Source: Promethearchaeota archaeon
GTDB taxonomy: Archaea; Asgardarchaeota; Lokiarchaeia; Sigyniarchaeales; SOKP01
NCBI GenBank assembly: GCA_019058245.1
Contig: JAHPZJ010000017.1
Span: 55,113 to 119,112, forward strand
Length of the DNA stretch: 64,000 bases
Reading direction: 5' to 3'
Below, one piece after another: positions 50,005 through 61,000 of the stretch. The position numbers and the translations under genes were made by a program. Within the stretch, counting starts at the first letter, position 1, and every line of letters begins with the position of its first letter. Below the pieces are notes generated by a model. It was given only the letters and a program-made list of their open reading frames with translations. It did not search any database and was not told where the DNA came from.

Positions 50005-51042
50005 ATGAGTCAAAACCAGATATTGTGTATTACTTATTTTGATCATGTAATTGGACCTAGTACTCTTTATTCTAGTGAACCGTTAACGGAATCTAATGAT
50101 ACTCCTGATATAAACAGAATCCTTGAATTTAATGACGAAGAAGGGACTTTTATTTTTGCATATAGAAAATATCAAACTGTGAATTATATTTTTTTTATAG
50201 ATTCTGATTTGGCGCGAGGAGGCAGAGAATTAATGATGATTACTTACATGATCAAAACTGCTATCTTTAAAGATGAAATTGTAGATGTTTTTAAGTATTT
50301 AGACTCAAAAGGACCGGTTTTGGAGGATTTTGCTTCTGAGGTTAAGAGTTTAAAAGAATTAACCTCCTTCTTACATGAAAAGAAGAGTGGATTAACTGAT
50401 GATTATTTACTAGAATTAGCTAATGACGATTTAAAGAGCAATTTTTTAGAGGTTTTCAATAAATATTTTATAAAATTAGCTCCTAAATATCGATTAGAAA
50501 CCCCGATAAAAGATAAACGTATTATAAAAAAAATATTTATAATTGGAGCTCCACGAGTAGGAAAAATTACATTTTTAAAGAATGTAGAATTAATTCAATT
50601 TTTAAATATCAGAAGAAATGATTTACCAAGCAGAATTTTTGAGGTGGTTATTGAAAACCTCGAAATTTTGAATTATAATGACAATTTAAGTGATTTTGAA
50701 TGTAGGGAATTTGGGAATCTTGAGAATTGTGTAAATTTCTCTCAAGGCTTTATTGTTCTGTTTAATTTATCTGATAAAAACTCAGCATTAAGAACAAAAG
50801 AGATTTTTCAAATTGTTGATAATACTCGATTAGAAATAGAGAAAGATTTGGCTCCTATATTAATAATAGGAAATAAATTTCATAATAAAGAAAAACTTGA
50901 TCCAAAATTTGTTTCTGAGACTTTTGAAATAGAAGAATTAAAAGAGATTGGAGTCAAGATTAGATATTGTCCAATAAATATTTTAAAAGAAGATGAGAAA
51001 ATTATCGATGCTTTACGATGGTTAATTAAAAGCATAATATAA
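50005..51042 (+). CDS. uDENN/longin domain fused to a degenerate small-GTPase domain
   Basis: N-terminal LCITYFDHVIGPSTLYS...ARGGRELMMI (uDENN-like FDxxxGP); C-terminal IFIIGAPRVGKIT, GFIVLFNLSD, ILIIGNK, ALRWL. Confidence 0.7.
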   Translation: MSQNQILCITYFDHVIGPSTLYSSEPLTESNDTPDINRILEFNDEEGTFIFAYRKYQTVNYIFFIDSDLARGGRELMMITYMIKTAIFKDEIVDVFKYLDSKGPVLEDFASEVKSLKELTSFLHEKKSGLTDDYLLELANDDLKSNFLEVFNKYFIKLAPKYRLETPIKDKRIIKKIFIIGAPRVGKITFLKNVELIQFLNIRRNDLPSRIFEVVIENLEILNYNDNLSDFECREFGNLENCVNFSQGFIVLFNLSDKNSALRTKEIFQIVDNTRLEIEKDLAPILIIGNKFHNKEKLDPKFVSETFEIEELKEIGVKIRYCPINILKEDEKIIDALRWLIKSII

Positions 51043-51182
51043 TAGAAATTCCAAAAAAGAAAGTTAAGCCCTAGAATTTTTATTAATAAAATACCCATCA
51101 AAAAAATCTTTTAAATTATTAAAGATATAATAAATAAACACAGTATAGCATTCAAACTCAAAAAACAATAGCAGAAAGAAAA

Positions 51183-51533
51183 ATGGGATTTAAAGGTATT
51201 GGATGGGGAATAGTTTTCCTAATTACTGCAATGATATATTCTACTATTCCCACTTATTTAATAATAAGATTTTGGGTTTGGTTAAACAGTTTTCCAATAT
51301 ATACTTTATCATTATTCATGCTATTCTTATGGATTGTAGCTATAATTGTTGTTTTAATATATTTTGTAGCGATGATAAGAGCTTTTATTCAGAGAAATAA
51401 TGAGGAAGGCTTAGGTATACCAAAAGGCGTTAAAGGCTTTGGGTTAGTTTCAAGTATAATTGTTCTCTCATTTATGTTAATTTGGTATTTTATTTTTAAT
51501 CAGATTGCTTTTTTCTCCATGATACCCCCCTAA
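51183..51533 (+). CDS. Small hypothetical membrane protein (3 TM)
   Basis: 116-aa ORF with three hydrophobic helices. Confidence 0.7.
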   Translation: MGFKGIGWGIVFLITAMIYSTIPTYLIIRFWVWLNSFPIYTLSLFMLFLWIVAIIVVLIYFVAMIRAFIQRNNEEGLGIPKGVKGFGLVSSIIVLSFMLIWYFIFNQIAFFSMIPP

Positions 51534-51610
51534 ATTATTTTAAATAAATAACACTCCTTATTATTTTAAAGATACTTATTAAAATTTAGAATATCTCGAT
51601 ATTTATCTAG

Positions 51611-52819
51611 TTAATGCATTAAGATTTTCAAGATTCTAATAATAAATTTTGGATTTTTTAAAATAAGTTTAAAAAAGAAAGAAAGAACAGAAGGAACTTT
51701 TAGTAGTTTAAATAGTAAGGCTTTTGGAAAGTCCATGTCTCCATAAAAAGAAATTTTATTTTCAATTTTAGTAGATTTTATTATTTGAAACAATTTATAA
51801 AAATTATCAGTGGTAAACCTTTCTAAGATAGACCGAATTAAATAATGGATTTTTAATTCTCTTCCTACAATAGATCTACACGGATTTTCATAATATTTTT
51901 GAATAGTTTTTTTTGAGAATTTATCATATGCAAAACATTTTTTAATACAGTTTGCTGCATATTTTGCTGCTATTAATAGCATAATTATTCCTCCCCCTGT
52001 ACTAGCCTTAACTTGACATGCAGAATCTCCTAATAAAAAAATGTTATCAAATGAGAGTCTATTCATTAAACCATAGGGTATGAGTCCCCCTTGCTGAGAG
52101 ATTTTTTGTTGAAAATCTATATCGAATTTATTTAAAAAAATTCGAAAATTATTTGCTATGTTTTTTGAACATGCTATGCCAATGCGATAGATTTGCTGTC
52201 CTTCTGGAACAATCCATCCAAAAAGTTCCTTCCATCTTTTATCAAAAACCATTACAGCTTCATCTTCATTAAATCGTGCTTTAATACGGATTTGGGTGGC
52301 AAATAATTTCTTATTCTTTATTCCTAACAAACTTGCTATTGAAGAAGAGGGGCCATCGCAACCAATCAGCATCCTAACTTTTATTTTTCTCTTTGATGTT
52401 TCAATGAGTATATGTTTTTGATGATTATCTTTTTTATATTCAAATTTCTTAAATTTTTCTCCGAGGAAATATATTACATTTTCATGAATTTTTGTTTTAT
52501 TAAAGAAAAAGCAATCAAAAGCAATTCTATCTATAATATACGGCTTTTCATTTCCTGATAGTTTAATATAAACTCCAGTTGGACCTATGATTTTAGCAGT
52601 TTTAACTCGATTTAATATAATTTCATTGGGTAAATTAACTAATCTACTTAATTTTTGAGAAACTATCCCAGCGCATTGAAAAGGAAGACCAATCGCTTTA
52701 TGCTCTTCTATAACTGCAATTTTTAAATCAGTATTAGATAACAAATAGCATAAATAGTTACCAGCTAAACTTGCTCCAACGATAGCTAAATCGAATTTCT
52801 CCATTTTTTGATCCATCAA
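51611..52819 (-). CDS. Geranylgeranyl reductase family flavoprotein
   Basis: IVGASLAG, EEH..IGLPFQCAGIVS, IGCDG, FGWIVP, LGDSACQVKASTGGGI. Confidence 0.85.
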   Translation of the reverse strand: MMDQKMEKFDLAIVGASLAGNYLCYLLSNTDLKIAVIEEHKAIGLPFQCAGIVSQKLSRLVNLPNEIILNRVKTAKIIGPTGVYIKLSGNEKPYIIDRIAFDCFFFNKTKIHENVIYFLGEKFKKFEYKKDNHQKHILIETSKRKIKVRMLIGCDGPSSSIASLLGIKNKKLFATQIRIKARFNEDEAVMVFDKRWKELFGWIVPEGQQIYRIGIACSKNIANNFRIFLNKFDIDFQQKISQQGGLIPYGLMNRLSFDNIFLLGDSACQVKASTGGGIIMLLIAAKYAANCIKKCFAYDKFSKKTIQKYYENPCRSIVGRELKIHYLIRSILERFTTDNFYKLFQIIKSTKIENKISFYGDMDFPKALLFKLLKVPSVLSFFFKLILKNPKFIIRILKILMH

Positions 52820-52972
52820 AAGAAATAAGTATTATAGAAATTAGAATCTTATCAATTAGGTTTTTTATACAATAAAAATTTGGTAATATATTAGTAGATA
52901 GCAATTTAATGAGAGTTGAGCCTATAAAGTTAAATTTAGATTGTTGGAAAATAAGATTTGAATAGGTAAAAT

Positions 52973-53998
52973 CTACAGTTTTAAGGATTTTATTTCATTT
53001 TTTGGAATTGAACGTAATCCTAAAGAGAGCATCATTCCATATACAACTGCTAATGTAATATTCCTAAAAAGAGGATGATTATCATAAGGTAAATCTGTTC
53101 TATGTATAAAGCCTGGAAGTATCTTCTCAACAATATATTTAGTTTCAGGTTTCTCATTATAGTATTTTATAACAAGTGATTTAAATTCTTTCATAAGTTT
53201 TTCATGTTCTAAAATGATTTTATGTACATTTTTCTGCCCATTAACAATACCGAAATGCCCAAAACCTGCCATTAATGGATTAAGTTTAATGATATTTCTT
53301 AATGTGTTCATATAATCTTCATGGTTATAATATACTGGCATAGATGTAGGCATAGTCAATAATTTAGAACTATGATATAATGTTCCAGCAGCCTCTCCTA
53401 AAAATATAAAATCAATTAGATTATCTTTAATAAAGATTGGAGTTTGGTGATCTGGAGTATGCCCAGGAGTTTTTAATATTGCCATTTTTATTTTTGACCC
53501 ATCGAGAGTAAATTTATCAATAATCTTTAATTTATTAGGATTAGCACTAAAAGTATTACTTGGATCGATTATTTTAAAAGCCACATCTTCGATAGGTTTC
53601 ATTTCACCAACAAAGTTTCCATACGTACTTCTTCCACGATTCAAATGATACTCAAAATCATTTAAAAGTGTTTTAGTTTTTAAATTTGTGAGAATTCTTA
53701 CATTAGGATTGAATTTTTTAATTTCCTCATAAAGTTTCCACATTCCACCAATATGATCAAAATGATGATGAGAGGTTATTAGGTATTTAAATGAGGATAA
53801 AGATATATTGTTTTTTTTGAAGAATCTTAATCCCTTTTTAACATCTAATGATGATCCGCAATCAATTAGAACTGAACAATCGTCAAAAACTCCTAAAAAA
53901 ACGGATAACATCCTTTTCGCCCCAAAAGCTTTCATATCTATGTGATAAAGATAATCATTTACTTTTCCTGATTTTAGAATTATAAGTTCTTCGTCCAT
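52973..53998 (-). CDS. MBL-fold metallo-hydrolase
   Basis: LIDCG, SHHHFDHIGG (HxHxDH), TPGHTPDH, FGHFG. Confidence 0.88.
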   Translation of the reverse strand: MDEELIILKSGKVNDYLYHIDMKAFGAKRMLSVFLGVFDDCSVLIDCGSSLDVKKGLRFFKKNNISLSSFKYLITSHHHFDHIGGMWKLYEEIKKFNPNVRILTNLKTKTLLNDFEYHLNRGRSTYGNFVGEMKPIEDVAFKIIDPSNTFSANPNKLKIIDKFTLDGSKIKMAILKTPGHTPDHQTPIFIKDNLIDFIFLGEAAGTLYHSSKLLTMPTSMPVYYNHEDYMNTLRNIIKLNPLMAGFGHFGIVNGQKNVHKIILEHEKLMKEFKSLVIKYYNEKPETKYIVEKILPGFIHRTDLPYDNHPLFRNITLAVVYGMMLSLGLRSIPKNEIKSLKL

Positions 53999-54094
53999 AA
54001 TTAGTGTAGTTAGAATAGAAATAAGAATTATTTTATTATAAAAAATCTATAGCGAATGATTCTATATTTGAGATAATGAAAAAAAGGATTTTTG

Positions 54095-56284
54095 TTAAAG
54101 ATTTAATTTTTGTTTCCATATATTCATGGATAATTTTAATTCTTCTTTTTCTGGACGACTTAAAATTTCCGGATTGCTCTTAAGATTAGTGCTAGTAGAA
54201 TGAATAGTTTTCAATATACTATTATAACCTTCTACTTTAACATATTCATTTTGAAATCTTTCTAGTGCTAAAGAGATTTCTGTTCCGGTCATAGTATCTA
54301 TTTTATTTACGATTTCATTAAATTTATTCGATAGCGGTACTGATTTGGGTGCTTCAGTGCTTTCTTCTTTTTGAGGAAGAGAGGTTTCTTCTTTAGGTGG
54401 TATTGTTATTGCTGGTTGAGATATAGGAGCTTCCTTTAAAGGTTGTTCTAAAACTGGCTTTTGTATAGTTCGAATAACTTCTTTTCGAGCACCCACCCAA
54501 GCATCCTCTAGTATTGGTACAAAGATTTTAATGTGTTCTTCAATTATACTCCCAATACCAGCTATTTCTGTGACAAAATCTCCTCTAAATTCAGTTTTTG
54601 AAAGTACACATAAGATTACTTCTTCATAATCTTTATTAATGCCCCATAAATTTTGTAGAGCTCGATTTCTATAATCTACATTGTCCATCTTATCTAATTC
54701 CTGCATAATTTGGTTATGTTCAAAATTTGATGGATCAATAAATGTAGCAATTCTAAAGTTAATTCGTGAAGGTCGAGCCTTAATAGCTTCAATATCAATA
54801 TCTGAAAGAGTAGGTGCTACAATTAAAACTCGCATCTTAGCTTTTGATACTTCTTCAGTAATATGGGCTTTCGCACTTTCTGGAGAACGAATAAACCAGA
54901 TATCTTTCATAGTGAAACCCCTTTTACCTTTAGCTTGATCCCAAAATTCTCTAGTAGTTATTTCGCTAACTTCTAACCTTCTTAAAATATCTGATAATGT
55001 ATTATCTAGAGTATCCACAATTCCTTTAGAGAAAATATCTTTAATATTACCAAATGATTGAAATATGCCTCCAGAAAGACCATCAATCCTTTCTTCAGCT
55101 AATTTTACGGCTTTATTAAAATTATTAGAAATTTCTCCAAACACTTTTTCTTTATCTTCTCCTGATTTAGTGGTTATACTTTCAACATTTTTGACCGCAT
55201 CTGTCAGTGAATCTTTTATTTTTGAAATAACTTCTGTATTAATCCCTTGTGTTGCTTTTTTCAACTCATCAGCGAATACGGTTTGACTAACACTCAACTG
55301 GACATTAAGATTATCTGTAATGTCTTTTAAACGAGATTCAATAACTTTATCGATTACATCACCTACAGCTTGTTGAATTACCCCTAGGCGTAATTTCTGT
55401 AAATTATCTGTTACTGTTTTTTTAATGTCACCAAATTGGCTTTTTAAATCATTGACTTGATTTCTAATTATTTGAGATGTTTTTGTATTAAGGTTTTCAA
55501 ATTGCTTTGTTAAAGATCCAATTTGATCATCGGGTAGTGTTTTAGAAAGATCTCCTAACTGTGAAATATCTTGGGTTATATTTCTTATTTGATCGATCGC
55601 TGAAATAGTATTGTCAAATTCTTTTTTTTGAGCATGGATTTGAGAAAGCATTTTTTCCTTAAGATCTGTCATTATTTCACTAGAATCTTTTGCTTTATCC
55701 ATATCTTGTGCTTCTGTTTCAAGTTGAGCAAATGATTTTTCTAACTGTTTAGGTATAGTAGATTTAATATCCGAAATGTATGAATAAAAATTCTTTAATT
55801 GAGCAATTAAAGCCGCGTATGGAGGTAACGCTTGATAGTGGGGAGTTGCACCAACAATTTCCTTGAATAATCCTTTTTCAAGGAATTTATCAGCAATTTC
55901 CTTGCATTTTTCTTTAGGTTTACCAATTAGAATTGCCATCTCTCCGATAGAAACGGCTTCTCTTCCAGTTGTTAGAAAATATAGTTCAATTTCTTCATCT
56001 GATAAATCTATCTCGCTTAAAACCTGTCTCGTTAACTCTTTCGAATATTCAACATCCTTTTCCTTTTCTAATACATCTCTTATTTCAAAATTCTCAACTT
56101 CTAAATATTGGTTTATAAATGCAATTAATTTATGGGGCGGTTCACCATGAATATTCTCTTTTTGAATTGGAAACTTATTTACAGCTTTGTATTCATCAAC
56201 TGAAATTGGAAATTTGATTTCTTTTAAACAAATTTTACATGTGAGTACAACATCAACAACATCTTTATCTTTAAATAAGTACAT
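54095..56284 (-). CDS. TrmB-like HTH protein with N-terminal CxxC/His module, ~290-aa amphipathic helical insert, TrmB effector-like (PLD-fold) domain and C-terminal helical bundle
   Basis: CKIC...HGEPPH; DLSDEEIELYF...SIGEMAIL...FLEKGLF...YQALPP (TrmB HTH); IWFIRSPESAKAHITEEVSKAKMRVLIVAP (start of a TrmB effector domain). Confidence 0.65.
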   Translation of the reverse strand: MYLFKDKDVVDVVLTCKICLKEIKFPISVDEYKAVNKFPIQKENIHGEPPHKLIAFINQYLEVENFEIRDVLEKEKDVEYSKELTRQVLSEIDLSDEEIELYFLTTGREAVSIGEMAILIGKPKEKCKEIADKFLEKGLFKEIVGATPHYQALPPYAALIAQLKNFYSYISDIKSTIPKQLEKSFAQLETEAQDMDKAKDSSEIMTDLKEKMLSQIHAQKKEFDNTISAIDQIRNITQDISQLGDLSKTLPDDQIGSLTKQFENLNTKTSQIIRNQVNDLKSQFGDIKKTVTDNLQKLRLGVIQQAVGDVIDKVIESRLKDITDNLNVQLSVSQTVFADELKKATQGINTEVISKIKDSLTDAVKNVESITTKSGEDKEKVFGEISNNFNKAVKLAEERIDGLSGGIFQSFGNIKDIFSKGIVDTLDNTLSDILRRLEVSEITTREFWDQAKGKRGFTMKDIWFIRSPESAKAHITEEVSKAKMRVLIVAPTLSDIDIEAIKARPSRINFRIATFIDPSNFEHNQIMQELDKMDNVDYRNRALQNLWGINKDYEEVILCVLSKTEFRGDFVTEIAGIGSIIEEHIKIFVPILEDAWVGARKEVIRTIQKPVLEQPLKEAPISQPAITIPPKEETSLPQKEESTEAPKSVPLSNKFNEIVNKIDTMTGTEISLALERFQNEYVKVEGYNSILKTIHSTSTNLKSNPEILSRPEKEELKLSMNIWKQKLNL

Positions 56285-56318
56285 TTTTTACAATCATCTC
56301 AAGTTAATTTATAAATTT

Positions 56319-57572
56319 TTAAAATTCTACTTTTTCAGGATAAGTTATTTCTAGCAAACTTAGTGCTTTTTTGGCGATCTCATATGTAATTCCCCCATTA
56401 GTTTTTTGCTTCTTATATGCTGCTCTTATCTTAGGAAGTAAATACTCTGGAAAAATTATCAATGGTTTTATATCTGTCAATAAACAAATCCATTTTCTGT
56501 CATTCTTATCTATAACTTCTGAAATAATGTTTAATTTTTTTAAATCATCTAGTAATATCTCCGTCACAGCAAACTCTGAGAAAATTTTTGGAATTTTATC
56601 CAATGGATAATGATTGTGCCTCATCAATACAAAAAAATCATAAACATCAGGATTTAAAAGAATTGAGGCTAGTTTTTTTGTTTCTTCTATTGGTTCCGTG
56701 TATGGATCATAATTTGAAAAGAATTCTATAACTTTTTCTTTATAGAGAGGTAAAAGTTCATTGTTAGTTTCTTTAAAATGGTTTAATAGATTATCATTAG
56801 GGACACGACTAAGAATTAAATCTTTTACAAGAAATAAATATTCTCCTTGATGAGTAAGTTCTCCTGTTTTCTTATTCTTCTCTCCTTTTATCCAATCTCT
56901 ACGAATAATATTCAATTCTAAAAAAGGTTGAAGTAAAATGTCTATATTCACATTAGGAGCCATTTTTTCTACGGTTTTTTTTATTTCTTTTTTTGATGTA
57001 GGTGATTCTCGCAAAATTTCCAAGATTTTTAATCGTTCAGGACTATTATAGATTAGTGCTGTTTTTTGAATTTTATCTAAATTAGATAATCGATCAATTT
57101 GAAATATAGTGAATTTTAACTCGTTTTTTAATCTGATATTAATATTTTCAATCAACGAAAGTTGTTTTGAGTTTCTCGCCCTTGTTAATTTGTCAAAAAT
57201 AGTATCTAATCGATTTCCCATTATTTTAATTAAATCTTCAAAAATCTCTATTTCATCATCTAGCTCAAAGATAGAGATTGCTAAATATTGACTACCATCA
57301 GCAACCTGCTTAAAATAAGACATTACTTGATATGGTGTCTCTTTTAATCTTCCTTCATAAAAATTACTATAACTATATTTGACACTGGAAAGCCCTGTTG
57401 TATGCTGATAAAAAATTGCGAATATATCATTTTCAACAAGTAATTCTGAAAAGTTTTCCTCGTCATACTCATCTTCACGAAATACCAATTGATTCGGTTC
57501 GAATTGTGGTTCAATTTCACCTGTCTCTTTCTGATTTATTTTAAACTGAAATGCTAATATTCCTTGAATCAA
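56319..57572 (-). CDS. Longin-like N-terminal domain plus tandem winged-helix domains (Asgard-type hypothetical)
   Basis: GILAFQF...IFYQH...QVMSYF...YLAISIFELDDE (longin-like); RLKILEILRESPTSKKEI...LQPFLELNII and FFVLMR...LLDDLKKLNII (two wHTH). TTG start, upstream GTGA. Confidence 0.6.
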   Translation of the reverse strand: MIQGILAFQFKINQKETGEIEPQFEPNQLVFREDEYDEENFSELLVENDIFAIFYQHTTGLSSVKYSYSNFYEGRLKETPYQVMSYFKQVADGSQYLAISIFELDDEIEIFEDLIKIMGNRLDTIFDKLTRARNSKQLSLIENINIRLKNELKFTIFQIDRLSNLDKIQKTALIYNSPERLKILEILRESPTSKKEIKKTVEKMAPNVNIDILLQPFLELNIIRRDWIKGEKNKKTGELTHQGEYLFLVKDLILSRVPNDNLLNHFKETNNELLPLYKEKVIEFFSNYDPYTEPIEETKKLASILLNPDVYDFFVLMRHNHYPLDKIPKIFSEFAVTEILLDDLKKLNIISEVIDKNDRKWICLLTDIKPLIIFPEYLLPKIRAAYKKQKTNGGITYEIAKKALSLLEITYPEKVEF

Positions 57573-58023
57573 TTATATCACTTTAAAAAATTGATAAATA
57601 TATTTTTTGAATTAACATTAATATAATTCTTACTTAAGTATTATTTATTATTGTTTTTTAATTAAAGTTTATTCAAATAAAATTAGTTTAGAGGTTATAA
57701 TTTCTAAATATTAGATTATATTCATTTAATCTACATAAAGAGGAGGTTTAAAAAAATTAAGTTTTTAATAGTTAACTCATTTGAGTTTTTTTAGCCTACT
57801 TTCCTTAATGTTAGAAATATTTAAAATTGAATTTATAAAGGCTTATAATCCTTTTATATTTCAAACATAGCTTAAATTATATATCCGTTAATTTATATAT
57901 TATGAATTCCTAATGAATTTCAAATATGAATATATTTTAAATCTGATTCAAGATCATTTAGCAAATTATTTATTAAATAATTTGGTATAATACCTTAATT
58001 AAAATATTTTAATTTAACGCCCA

Positions 58024-61000
58024 ATGAAAACCAAAATAATGGTCCTAAGAGGAAATATAAGGAAAAAAATATCAGCGTTAAGTATTTTTTTTATGATATT
58101 TGTCTCAACTCTATTAATATTTTCTTTTAGCCATATTCAAAATAATAACACCGTTCTATATGATGATGATAGATTTACCTTTAATGATCTTAAAAATCCT
58201 CAATTAGGAGCTCAAGAGATTCTAACAATCGAGTGGCTTGAAAATCCTACTTTTGAAGATCCCGTCAACCCATGGTATTCCGAAATGGAGGGCGATCTTT
58301 CCGATATTCAAGCTACTACAGGTTCAGGAGAGGCAAACTTTCATGTTTTAGGAAATTCAGGAGTACAAAATATTCATGACCTTTCTGATACTAATTGGAC
58401 TGCATTTAATAATCCCGAATTTCCTATTGAACCTAGTGATCATGGTATAAATGGTTCTGGTTGCTGGATTACTCACACTTGGAATGAAAATATTGATCAA
58501 TCACTAAATACTCCTAGTATTCATTGGAAAAGGAATGTTACTATGCAAGTCAATATGTCAGACTATATAATTACTTCCGCTTCACTTGAAACAAATTATA
58601 GTGCATTCGTTCAAGCATTAGATCATGATGGTGGAGGTGTAGAAGTACCGGGAGATTATACTGAAGGACAGATTCCGGGTGTAGATACTCAATTTGGGAT
58701 TGGTGATTTTGTTACGTTTTATGTCGAGATTTCAGATACAAAAAATAGCTTCTCTTATAGAATAGCTTCAAATAAAACTAAAAATTTGGGTCAAGATGGA
58801 TTGCCATCGCAAAATAATGTGATAATAACTAATCATACTCATGTACCATTGAATGTAATATCAGAAGATCTTCTCATTTCTTATTTAACTGCCTGTTTAC
58901 AAAATGATCATTATAACTTTACAATTACATTAGGAATAGATATTTATTGTGAAGATAATGAATATAATGTAGATATTGACAGATTTAAATTATTAGCTAT
59001 TGAGGCTTTTAATTTAACATTTTCCTATGAAAAAAAAATTAATCAATTTAATACTGTTTCATGGAAACAAGATGGAGATAAAATAAGTGATATTAGTAAT
59101 GATACTATTATAATAAATCAAGCTAAACTTAATTTTAAATATCATGCTAACTATAATTGGACTGATGAGGCATCCAATTCTGAAATCCAAGTTTTCATTA
59201 ACAATAATAAGGTATCAAAAACAATAAAACTTCTAAGTATTGAAGCAAATAATATTTATCAATTTACAAGTACAGATGGTTTTGATATTACTTCGCTCAT
59301 TCCATACAATACAGTAATTAATTTTTCTATTCAACTATCTTTAACAGATAAACCCTTTCCACTAGATAAAAATATCACATTTACTATAGATGACGTGTAT
59401 CTTAATATTTCATATACTGTGGAATTTCCTGATTATCAAACAAATCTACAAGTGTATTTCAATGGAGTTAATAAAACAATTTCTCCACTTTATAATCATC
59501 CTGTAGGTTATGACTTGAATATAACTGTAAAATACCCTGATGATTCTGGCAATCACATCTCAGGAGCAGTAGTGGAGTTATCAGGTAATTTAACTGGAAC
59601 TCTAATAGAAAATGAAATACTTAAACAGTATACGATCATTATTGATGCAAATGATTTGGATGTAGGAACTTATTATATAAAAATAATCGCTCATAAAATA
59701 AATTATAAGATAAGTAAAATAAGTCCTGTTATCACGGTTCTTCCATATATTTCACAAGATTTGCAATTATTTCTAAATGGTGAAAATCAAACATCAAATC
59801 CATCATTCGACATTTCTCTTGATAAATTATTAAATATAACAATTAAATATTGTACTAATTTTGGAACTCCTGTGACAGGAGCATCAGTAGTATTAACTGG
59901 AGAAGGGATTCTAGAAAATCTAAATGAGAGTAGTTCATTTAATCAATATTCAGTTATAATGAATACAACAAAACAATTTAAAGAGGGAAATAATCCTTTA
60001 ACAATTACAGCTAGTAAATTAAATTATGAAACAAAATTTAAATATCCAAGAATAAATGTCAGAAAAATAAATTCTCTCATAACTCCTGTAAATAATACTA
60101 ATACAATAAGTATTAAACCGGGAGGAGATGCTTTGATTCAAGTCTATATAAATAATACGGATTTTGATGAGCTTATCAAAGGAGCGAATGTAACACTTTC
60201 TTGTGAGTTTAAAGGTAGTAAATCTCTTGAAGATCCTGATAATGATGGAATATATGAGTATAATTTGACTGATATTCCTGCTGGAACACATAAAATAACG
60301 ATTAACGCTTATGGAGCTGATAAATATAATTTTGTAAGTCTTGAAATTATAGTAGCAGCAATTCCGCCTGCAAATAATTCTTTTATTTTTCGAATTCTAT
60401 TAACGATAGCAGCTATAGCATCTATAGCATTAGCAGGTTATGTTTATGCATATCAAAAAGTGTTAAAATTTCCTCGAGCTGTTAGAAAAGTTCGTAAATA
60501 TCGAAGAACTCTAAGAAAAGCAAAAGAACCAAAAATATCCATTTTTGACCGTAAAAAAGCATTCGACAATGTTTATCAAAAGGAAATAAGTGCAACTTCA
60601 AGATTTTTAAAAGTAAAAATGAAAAAGGAAGGAAAAGAAGAAGAATCACCAGAAAAGCTAATTAAACAGGCGCCAGAAGATTCTGTATTTCATAAAGATG
60701 AAAGACAAACAAGTCAAAATACTAATTCCTATAATTTGAATAAAAAAAATAAGGATAAAATAAAAACTCAAGAATCATTCAGAAGAAGACTTAGTATATA
60801 CTTAAAAAGAAGATGGACAGGATCCTTTAGAATGAATAATATGAGAAGATTTCTTTTTATAATAATTATTTTAACTTCCATAACTCTATTTTCTTTCATT
60901 ATAAACCCACATTTCGGTCAAAATTCAATCAATTTTTCAGAAAAATCGACTAATATCATAGATAATGAAAATTTAGGTAATCTTTGTTTATCAGCACAAG

